A DNA stretch of 64,000 bases from positions 1-64,000 of the forward strand of contig NIVC01003202.1 in the NCBI GenBank assembly GCA_002269645.1, given 5' to 3'. A program made the translations under genes and the position numbers. The notes under the pieces are model-generated. The model was not told the DNA's origin and ran no database searches. It saw only the letters and a list, made by a program, of their open reading frames with translations. Positions within the stretch are counted from its first letter, which is position 1; each line of letters begins with the position of its first letter. Positions 1-10,300 of this stretch are shown piece by piece. The stretch comes from Macrostomum lignano (Eukaryota).

Positions 1-498
1 TGTTAGTAACTAGTGAAATACAATTTTAACTACATCGACTGTAATAAGTTTTCTAGAAAAGTTTAGAGCTACGTTTATTTATATTCTATCCGTCAAAAAT
101 ATTTATAACAATATTCCTCTGTTACGAATCTACTTGCAGTATGAAGACGAGTAAGTAGCTATTAAATTTATTTATCTGCGTATTTATTAACAATCCATCA
201 AATATGCCCACCTGATTGCTCTACTTTACAGTAGTTAAGACTAGTAGTAATTGCAAATTTTTGTCTACTTGCTCTATTCGCCTAAATTAATATCTAAAAG
301 ACGATTAACTAAGCTACTTAAGTAGTCAAAGCGAGGAGTATTATCATATTCAAGAATTAAATCGTCAAAAGATATCTAATCTGATTGCTCTACTTACAGT
401 AGTTTAAGCCAGTAGTAGTTAGAAAAATTTAGGCTCAGAAAATTGAAGGTAATACAAAATAATTCGATTTACCGGATTACCCTACTAGCAGTAGTCAG

Positions 499-3400
499 GA
501 CGAGGTGCAGCACAACAGCCCGCACGGTGGTGCTGCAGCGGGGCGGCCGCGGATATGGATTCGTATTGCGCGGCGCCAAAGCCGGGAGCAGCTCCGCATT
601 GCCGAGTTCCAGCCAACGCCGGACATTCCTGGATTGCAGTACCTGGACGACATCGAGCCCGGCAGTCCGGCCTGTCGCCGGCCTTCGTCGGGGTGACTAC
701 ATTGTTGCCATCGGGGACGTTGATGTGCGCAGCCCAGTCACGAGATGTGCGTTCGCCTCATCAAGGAGGCTGGAGAGACTCTGGCGATGCAGGTGCTCAC
801 GGTCACGCGTAGCAGGTGGTCAGACAGGATGCTGGTAAGTTGATGCTGGATTACCGAAATTTTTTCACCGGACTTTTCTGGATTTAAAAGGTCGCTCACC
901 GAAAAAAGATATTTGAGAAGTCCGTCACCGACATTTTTGGATTTTGAGAAGTTGCTCACCGACATTTTGTGGATTTGAGAACTCGCTCACCGACATTTTT
1001 GGGGATTGAGAAGTCGCTCACCGACATTTTGGGATTTGAGAATCGCTCACGCGACATTTTTGCTGGATTTGAGAATCGCTCACACGACATTTTTGGGGAT
1101 AAAAGTCGCTCACCGAAAATTCAAGATATTTGAGATCGCTCACCGACATTTTTGTGGATTTGAGAAGTTGCTCACCGACATTTTGTGGATTTGAGAAGTG
1201 CTCACACACCGACCATTTTCATTTCTGGATTTGAGAAATCGCTCACCGAACATATTTGGGGATTTGAGAAGTGTTCACCGACATTTTTGTGGGATTCGAG
1301 AAGTGGTTCACCGACATTTTGCGGGATTTGAGAAGTGGTTCACACATATTTGCGGGATTTGAGAAGTGGTTCACCGACATTTTTGTGGGATTTGAGAAAT
1401 CGCTCACCGACATATTTGGGGATTTGAGAAGTGGTTCACCGACATTTTTGTTGGATTTGAGAAGTCGCTTTTGGGAGATTTAGTAAGTCGCTCATCAACA
1501 CTTTTGGGAGATTTTGAGATTTGCTCAACGACATTTTTGTGGGATTTAAGAAGTTCTTTTTGAGACATATTTTAGCTATAAGGCAGGTAATCAAACGATT
1601 TGAATTTCACCTCTTGGCCTTCATTTTTCTTCCTTTGTAGGCAGGTGCCGCCTAAGGCAAGGACAGATTTTCTGTTCTCAATTGGAAAACCCATGTTTTT
1701 AACTACGATATCTTTTCTGTAAAATTTCTTATTGAGAATAAGTTTATTCCTGCAATATATTTTGAGGTAGATTCGGAGGTACATATTTAACTAGCATTCA
1801 GTTTATCGTATCTCCATGTTAGCTCAAACTTATCTCTGTTAATTTGATTTCCTTGGTACAACTTTCGAGGAACTGCTCTATTATAAAATATTTATTTCCG
1901 CCTTTAAATACCGTCATTTAATTGCAACTCGGTGACTGTCTTTCATCTTTTCCTTGGTGATGGAAATCTAATTACTGAATAGAAATGCATAGGTATAAAT
2001 AGAAATATACCCTAATATATTCTTGCGTTGCTATGGATACAGAATGGATTGCTAATGTATCTACTTTCTAGTTTATATCAGAAATGCTAGATATGTGACT
2101 CGCAATTAAAGCCGTGAAAAGTCTACACTTTTTTCTCAGCAGTGTGACTTAAATTTAACGTGGTAGCTAAAATTTCCTTTTCTTCCTCGGGGTTTGCGGC
2201 CTTGCTTAGCCAATGAGAGAGCAGTAAGGAGAGAGTCCAGAGTCAGTCGGCCGAAACTAGCCTAGAGGGCAGGCCCAATCTAGCTCAGCCAATGAGAGAG
2301 TAGTAAGGAGAGAGGGCAAAGTCGGACGAACAAAACTTCAGCCTAGGGGGGCAGGCCCAATCTAGCTCAGCCAATGAGAGAGCAGTAAGGAGAGAGGGCA
2401 AAGTCGGACGAACAAAACTTCAGCCAAGGGGGGGGGAGCAGGTCCAATCTAGCTCAGCCAATGAGAGAGCAGTAAGGAGAGAGTCAGAGTCAGACACGAG
2501 CGGGCAAGAGGAGAGCCTAACTGTTTTGGCTGAGGGCTGGAACGCCACCCGTTTTCTATCTTGCTCGCTATGCACACGCACTGGATTTGGGTTCTTCAAT
2601 TTTTCCTGCAAACTTCTGTCGTGCTTTTACTTATTCTTAGATAATAAGGCAAAACGCTTATTTATGCTACTAAAAAGTAGACGAACGCATTTTTGCGTGT
2701 GACATCTAGTTAGTCTATTTTACCGGCATATTAGAAAGAAAAGGTTGTACGTTTATTATCTCTTAAGTCTGCTTAATTAGGTTATTTTAAAAAAAAAACT
2801 GCAGTAAACTCTCAAGCCTGTATTATAATTTTTTTCAAACACTACACTTTATCTATCTTAGTTGCCTAGCGGTATATTTTTGAAATTTTGTCTGGGAAAT
2901 CAATTGGTTTCGGCAGGTTTAATTGATTGCATTGAAGCTCTGTGTCTTAATTTTGGAAAATTGTACACACTCTCTCTCTCTCTCTCCATTCACCGACAGA
3001 CCGTACCGACTATAAGGAGCCGGTTAAGTCCGCGGCAAAGACCAATGGCAGCTGCGCAACCTCCGTTTCGCCAGCCGCTTCTGCAGTGTCAACTTTTTCT
3101 TCTCCTCAGCAGCAGCAGCAACAGCAACAGCAGCAGCAGCAGCAGCAGCAAATCCACCAGCCACCGAAGCGTCCGCCGCCGCCGCCGCCACCTCAAGCCG
3201 CTCCAGCCGTGGCTGCCGCATCTCCGGCTCCAGCCCCGGACATCTATAGCCAATCGGCCGAGTTTGTCCAGGATCATCCGGGCTCCAATCTACTGGTGAC
3301 GCGGCCGGAGACCGCGAAACTGCTGCCGGCGGGCTTGGCCATCCAGGGCCGAGTCAGCGTGCTGGGTGACGGTGGCAGCGGCGGTGAGGTCGATGATCCG

Positions 3401-4379
3401 CCAGCAGACTATTCTGACGGCGAGGATCAGGCGGATGATGAAAAAGAGGCGGCCGAGGTCGACGCCGCTCCACCACCGTCGCCGCCGGCCGAATTCTCGT
3501 TTGGCCGGCAAACGACAGCTGAAGCGGATGTTGACAAAGTGTCGCCGCCGGCAACTTCTGCGGTGGTTGCACCGGCCGCTGCGGCGGCAACGGTGGCAGC
3601 TGTTACCGTCAAGCCAGTCGCTCCTCCGCCTCCGCCTTCGTCTCCGCCCCCGGTTGCTCAGTCGGAGAACCCGAAACCGGATGCGTCACCATCGCAAACC
3701 ACTGAAGAAGAGGCTTTGCAGCAGTCGACTTCGCAGGCATCGCCGACTCAGAGTCGCCCAGCGCCGCCTCCGCCTCCGCCGCCGCCTCCGCAGTCGTCTT
3801 CTCCTTTGTCTCCGGTAGCTGCTGCAGCTGCTGGATCTCCTTCGCCACCGACTATTCAGTCTGCTCCGCCGCCGCCTCCACCGCCGCCGCCTCCGCCACC
3901 ACCGCCGCCGCCTCCGCCAGCGGGTCTGATTCTACCATTGAAGAAATCTTCATCTGGTCCGCAGCAGCAGCAGCAGCAGAAAGCATCGGATTACGAACGC
4001 GAGCTGAAAGCTTTGATTGCTAAGCGCCGAGAACGACTCGAGGCCGGCCTGAATCCAACCGGACATATTGAAGCGCAGCTGGGCCGGCGTAGCGGCGGCG
4101 TGATGGCTCGCATTGAAATTGCTCAATCGGAGCAGCAGCAACAGACACCAACAACGCCAGTTCCCCTAGGAAGCCGCCTCCGCCACCGACACTAGCAAAG
4201 CCTGTCGTCCTGTCGCCGCCACAGCCGCCTCCGCAGCAGCAGCAGCAGCAGCTACCCTCCCGCAAGATTCTTCGACTTCATTTAAAACCCGAGCCGAAGA
4301 GCTTCGTCAAGAGATTCTGAAGCAGAAATCGCGAGGCGGCTCTAGCGCCGGTTCAAACTCGTCAAACTCTGATAATTGA
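499..4379 (+). CDS. SHANK: SHANK-like scaffold protein, 3' part (PDZ exon ~499-834; possible micro-exon 1576-1586; long Pro/Gln-rich terminal exon ~3000-4379); several 1-nt frameshifts
   Basis: Joining frames of ORFs 443/505 gives RTVVLQRGGRGYGFVLRGAKA-EQLRIAEFQPTPDIPGLQYLDDIEPGSPAC-AGLRRGDYIVAIGDVDVRS-SHEMCVRLIKEAGETLAMQVLTVTR. This matches the SHANK PDZ signature GFGFVLRGAK...EF.PTP..P.LQYL. Donor CTG|GTAAGT at 834/835; polypyrimidine acceptor at 2998-2999; polyproline ORF 3086-4195 continues in shifted frames to TGA 4377-4379. Confidence 0.8.
850..1560. repeat. Intronic minisatellite, ~32-nt unit (CACCGACATTTTTGTGGATTTGAGAAGTCGCT), copies rich in indels
   Basis: About 20 tandem copies starting just after the donor at 835. 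Confidence 0.95.
2205..2485. repeat. Four ~80-87-nt tandem units each containing AGCCAATGAGAGAG (CCAAT box-like)
   Basis: AGCCAATGAGAGAG recurs at about 2208, 2287, 2369 and 2456. Confidence 0.85.
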
Positions 4380-4789
4380 TTTATTTTCTTTCTAAACTGA
4401 GAGTAAGAAAGGACCAGACAGGTTAATGCTTTAATTTGACTCTCTTGTCAATGGTGTTTTATATAGCTAAGTCGCAGTGTATTATTGTCAATTCTCGAAA
4501 GTTGGGCTACATATCAATTAGTCGAGTTAAGTTTTTTATATACCTGACAGGCTGTTTTATACTATTATTATTTTTTCAAAGAACAAAAACCGTTTTTCGT
4601 TGTTTTATTGCTTTCTGTGATGCGACGCTTTTTTCTATTTGTTTTTTTTCCGACCACATCTTTATATATGCAAAGCGTATTTGTGTTGCACCTCCTTCTT
4701 GATTGTTAGCGCCTGCCTGCGGCATTGATACGAGCTATTTTATTCACGGTCATTAGCTTCTTTTTGTTCAAGTTTGACAGTCTATGGAT

Positions 4790-5430
4790 CCATTGGGCCA
4801 TAGATATAGACAGATTGGGCCATAGATATACACAGATTGGGCCATGGATGTAGACAGATTGGGTCATAGATATAGACAGATTGGGCCATGGATGTAGACA
4901 GATTGGGTCATAGATATACACAGATTGGGCCATGGATGTAGACAGATTGGGCCATAGATATACACAGATTGGGCCATAGATATACACAGATTGGGCCATG
5001 GATGTAGACAGATTGGGTCATAGATATAGACAGATTGGGCCATGGATGTAGACAGATTGGGTCATAGATATAGACAGATTGGGCCATGGATGTAGACAGA
5101 TTGGGCATAGATATAGACAGATTGGGCCATGATGTAGACAGATTGGGCCATAGATATACACAGATTGGGCCATGGATGTAGACAGATTGGGCCATAGATA
5201 TAGACAGATTGGGCCATAGATATACAGATTGGGCCATAGATATACAGATTGGGCCATAGATATAGACAGATTGGGCCATTGATGTAGACAGATTGGGCCA
5301 TAGATATAGACAGATTGGGCCATGGATATAGACAGATTGATAGATATAGAAAGATTGGGCCATAGATAAATACAGATTGGCCCATAGATATAGGCGGATT
5401 GGGCCATGATATACACAGATTGGGCCATAC
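4790..5430. repeat. Minisatellite, 22/24-nt unit (CAGATTGGGCCATAGATATAGA)
   Basis: About 28 tandem copies downstream of the SHANK-like stop; explains ORFs 4706-5587. Confidence 0.95.
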
Positions 5431-6409
5431 ATTTAGATATAGACAAATGGGGCAATAGATATAAGCGCACTGGACAATAGATGGGCGACAGACGGCACAC
5501 TAATCCAAAAAGAGCTCGTATCATTAAAACTCCGACACAAAATGCCGCGGTGAGTTTACAAGGCATTATTGACATTAATACGCGCATGTCGAATAATTTA
5601 TTAGTGACTTTTTAAGCAAATTAAACAATGTAATGAATAAAAATTCTGCCTACTTGTGATTCGTATACGGAGTTAGTTTTCTTCAGTTCTGTTAGTATTA
5701 AGTCTGTGTCAAATATTTGTTATTTATGTACCTCGTTAACATGAACTATTGTATAGTAATTTATTTATTATTATCACAATTTTATTTGCAAGGCACGTGA
5801 GCGCTAAAGCATATCGACAGCCGATACAGTCATAATAATTCGAAAAGCCACGCATATTATATCGGTTAAATATTTTATTCGCATGAAAATGATAATCCTC
5901 CTACTACTACTAGTAGTTCACCTGCGCGCTTTTTTCATCGGTTTGTTGCATTGCATTTTTGCTTGGCTTCATCCATCTGTCTTTGCGTCTACCGACTTCT
6001 ACTAGCTATTGCTTTGCTCGAATTTCTGCGCGAATAAGATTTCCGCACCATTCTTCTTCGATTTCTGTTTTTCTCTGTTTTCGTACTTAAGATATTATAT
6101 CACAATAGTAACTGTTTCTCCCGTCGTATTATTTCATAAATAAATAATACGCTCTTTATTCGAGTACGGAACTGTTAATATACAGTACATAATAAGAATA
6201 GTAAGAATGAATACTTTGATACTCTAAGCCCTCTTAAATTTAATTTAATTAGCGAGTGACGCAAACTTCTATTAAGCTATATATAAGCTGAATATATATA
6301 TATCAGAGAGATTTTTGCTTACTTGTAGTAAGCAAAAGGTCACGTGACATCACGTGAATGTCCGCCTCACTCTAAACAAATCTGCTCTTCCGTGGTCACA
6401 TCTATTGAG

Positions 6410-6482
6410 GGCCGCGTGGCGCAATGGATAACGCGTCTGACTACGGATCAGAAGATTCCAGGTTCGAGTCCTGGCGTGGTCG
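6410..6482 (+). tRNA. tRNA-Arg-ACG: tRNA-Arg (anticodon ACG)
   Basis: GGCCGCG/CGTGGTC acceptor stem, A box TGGCGCAATGG, anticodon arm TCTGA-CT-ACG-GA-TCAGA, B box GGTTCGAGTCC. Close to the canonical eukaryotic tRNA-Arg(ACG). Confidence 0.97.
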
Positions 6483-6490
6483 CTCGAATA

Positions 6491-6496
6491 TTTTTT
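6491..6496 (+). terminator. RNA polymerase III terminator (T6) for the tRNA
   Basis: TTTTTT begins 9 nt after the tRNA 3' end. Confidence 0.75.
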
Positions 6497-7332
6497 AAAT
6501 ATAGTTTAATATAGTATAATTAATATAAATATATATTTAAATAAATTTAAAGCAAAAATTGTTTCATCCTTATAACTTTTCTTTGTCTGATAAAAGAAAT
6601 ATAAGTATCCGATATGTATCGAAAAACACTTAAGAGAGCTAATTTGCTAATTGCTTCTGCTCTTAGGGTTCTCAAATTCGATTATCAAGTATTTTTTCAG
6701 ATAAAATAACTCTGTCTTCATGCATCGATTAAGAATGGAATATAGAGTGATTTAAATTTTTTTTATACTACTCATAGTAATACATAAAATTAAATTACGA
6801 GAGAAATATTGAAAACTCAAAGTTTATTGACTTTAATTTAGACTTTTCATTTCAGTTACTTGTCCATTTTTATATTCATTCAATTTTTATGAAGAAAATA
6901 TTCATATGCAATACTCTTACTTCCGATACTATGCAGGAAAAGTGCCTCCAGAGAGTGCCACACAGTCTTGAAGAGAATTTGGATGGGTATTAATTTGAAA
7001 AAATCCGAAATGCTTTAAAGTAATCGAGATCGCGAATCAATGCTATATAGCAAATCGACTTGGCAATTTGGATTGGACAACACTGCTGAAAAATAAGCAC
7101 AAAATGAGATTAAAATAATCGTATATAATTTAAGTGCATGACAAATTTATAAGTGGAATTATTTAATTTTAAACGCAAGGAATTAGCTTAATGGATCTAT
7201 GTACAACTACGAGCGTATCAATTATACAGTTTATCACAGGATTAACATTTAAGGGAAATACAGAAAAATAGCAAAAAACGCTATTCATACTACTTTTCTG
7301 ATTTGATAAGTAGTATTTTAAGGCGGTTAAAA

Positions 7333-10300
7333 TCACAAATAGTTCACCTCCAAATCGGGCAACAGAGAGCCGAGGCTTCGAACAAACCGATCGGCATCTC
7401 TGGAGCCGGCCAGCAGCAAGTCCAAGTCCCACTCAGAGCCGTCGCCGCCTCGCCGACAGCGCAGTAGCAGACGCGCCGGATCGAACGTTCTCAATAAAGC
7501 GCCGGCAATGTCGTCTAGAGCTAAACGACGCTGGCAGCGAAACTCCGGCCAGACGGCCGGCCGGTCGGCGTGATTGGACAGCGGGTACTGGGCGATGTTG
7601 TGCCACAGCAGCGCGGCGCAGGAGTCGGTGAGAACCAGCGCCCGAGGCGGATAACTGCCAGCGTCTCCGTGAGCTTCGTTGTCTGCCTCCCCGCCGCCGA
7701 CACCAGCATCGTCGCGATCCTCGTCAAGCAAGCCGTGAACGTCATTAGTAGGCAGCAGCGAGTAGAACAGCAGCTCCGAGCAGGCCAGCAGCTGGCGCAG
7801 CGGTTCCAGACGCTCTTCGCCTGGCCAATAGTGCACAACCGGCCTGCCGCCCGGGCAGCGGAAACTGCCGCGTCGCATTGTCGAATAGAAAAGCTTGGAC
7901 GGATCGTCAGGGTCTTCGCCGGCTGCTTTGTCTTCTTGACCAACGGCCGACTGCTGCTGCTGATCGATGCTTCCTCCGTCGCCGCGGCGCAGACACTCAA
8001 CGATACGCTCGGTGACGGCCAAGTCGCGGGTCAGCAGCGTCAAATCGTCGTGAACAGTTCCGCTGTCAACAATGAAGCGAAGGCTGGCGCCGAATAGACC
8101 AACAAGAACGGAGTGAAAGTCCGATGTTCGCCGGTCCAGCAGGACTGCATCATCAGCCAAGGAGCGCACTTGTAGCTGACTACCGCCCGCAAGCAGGACA
8201 GCCTCCGAGGCCAGTTGTACACCCGGCTGGCTGTACCGCACAACTGTACATGCGAATTTATCTACGTTCAACGCTTCATCTTCGACGATATTGGTTCGAT
8301 CTGCTTCAGTCTTCTCCTTGGCTTCCGGATTACTAATTTTACAAGCAACTGGCTCCGGTTCCAATTCAGAGGCTGTCAAAGTTTTTGACGAATCGGCGAT
8401 AACCGTCAGCAATTGTTGGCAAAGCTGCGGGCACGGCAGGCCCAACAGGATGCTAGGGAAGGCAGCCTCGCCGGCTAGATGAAGCCGGACACCGTGACAG
8501 TCGGCTCCGCCGGCCGGTCCGACTTCAGCCGGCTCGGCCAGTTGAATAGCCGACAGGTGGAAACTCCGCAACAGGCTTAGCCGGTAGGCGGGCGGCCGGC
8601 ACTCGACCTCCTCAGTGTTGCTGTCGGCACTGTCTTCATCTGGGATGTTGTCATCTGCACAACCCCTAATGGAGCTAAAATTCGAGTTTGCGACTCGAGA
8701 TACTTGCGAGAAACGAGCACCAGAAATACTTGCGGAACCAGCAACTACTTCACCATTCGACATTGGCGCTTTTCGGGCAATCTCAGCGCTTGCTGACTGA
8801 CCTCTGACATCAATCTCATGTCCTGCTGACTGATCTCTGACATCAATCTCTCCGCTTGCTGACTGACCTCTGACATCAATCTCTCTGCTTGCTGATTGAC
8901 CTCTGACATCAATCTCTCCGCTTGCTGATTGACCTCTGACATCAATCTCTCCGCTTGCTGATTGACCTCTGACATCAATCTCACCGCTTGCTGACTGATC
9001 TCTGACATCAATCTCTCCGCTTGATGACTGATCTTTGACATCAATCTCTCCGCTTGATGACTGATCTTTGACATCAATCTCTCCGCTTGCTGACTGATCT
9101 CTGACATCAGTCTCTCCGCTTGATGACTGATCTTTGACATCAGTCTCTCCGCTTGATGACTGATCTTTGACATCAGTCTCTCCGCTTGATGACTGATCTT
9201 TGACATCAGTCTCTCCGCTTGCTGATTGACCTCTGACATCAATCTCTCCGCTTGCTGATTGACCTCTGACATCAATCTCTCCGCTTGCTGATTGATCTCT
9301 GACATCAATCTCACCGCTTGCTGACTGATCTTTGACATCAATCTCTCCGCTTGCTGACTGATCTCTGACATCAGTCTCTCCGCTTGATGACTGATCTTTG
9401 ACATCAGTCTCTCCGCTTGCTGATTGACCTCTGACATCAATCTCTCCGCTTGATGACTGATCTTTGACATCAGTCTCTCCGCTTGATGACTGATCTTTGA
9501 CATCAGTCTCTCCGCTTGATGACTGATATTTGACATCAGTCTCTCCGCTTGCTGATTGACCTCTGACATCAATCTCTCCGCTTGCTGACTGATATTTGAC
9601 ATCAGTCTCTCCGCTTGCTGATTGACCTCTGACATCAATCTCTCCGCTTGCTGACTGACCTCTGACATCAATCTCAGCGCTTGCTGACTGATCTCTGACA
9701 TCAATCTCACCGCTTGCTGACTGATCTCTGACATCAATCTCAGCGCTTGCTGATTGACCTCTGACATCAATCTCTCCGCTTGCTGACTGACCTCTGACAT
9801 CAATCTCTCCGCTTGCTGACTGACCTCTGACATCAATCTCACCGCTTGCTGACTGACCTCTGACATCAATCTCTCCGCTTGCTGACTGACCTCTGACATC
9901 AATCTCTCCGCTTGCTGACTGATCTCTGACATCAATCTCTCCGCTTGCTGACTGATCACTGACATCAATCTCTCCGCTTGCTGACTGGTCCTTTTCGACG
10001 CCATCTTCACGATCGAATTGGTCGCTTAGCAACGCCGACGGCAGACCGACGCCATCGGCCAGGCTGGCAGTCTCATCAATCAGCATCAGGCTGGTATCGG
10101 TGACCAGCAGGCTGACCGACTGGTGCACTCCGGTTAGCAATAGCGCCAACGAATAGAATCTCACTTCGTTGCTGCTGGCGCCAAATTGGCGCACTACTCG
10201 ACGCGCGGTGACGCGACGCGCCGGACAGCCCGGTGGCAAAGCGGCCGTCCAGAGGCGGGTTAGCCGCGGGCCCAGCACCAGACAGCAACAGCAACCGTCT

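Noticed and set aside
8745-10010. Second overlapping 421-aa ORF (QQAERLMSE repeats) as a dual-coding gene
   Set aside because: Expected by-product of a 33-nt unit lacking stops in two frames; there is no unique flanking coding sequence.
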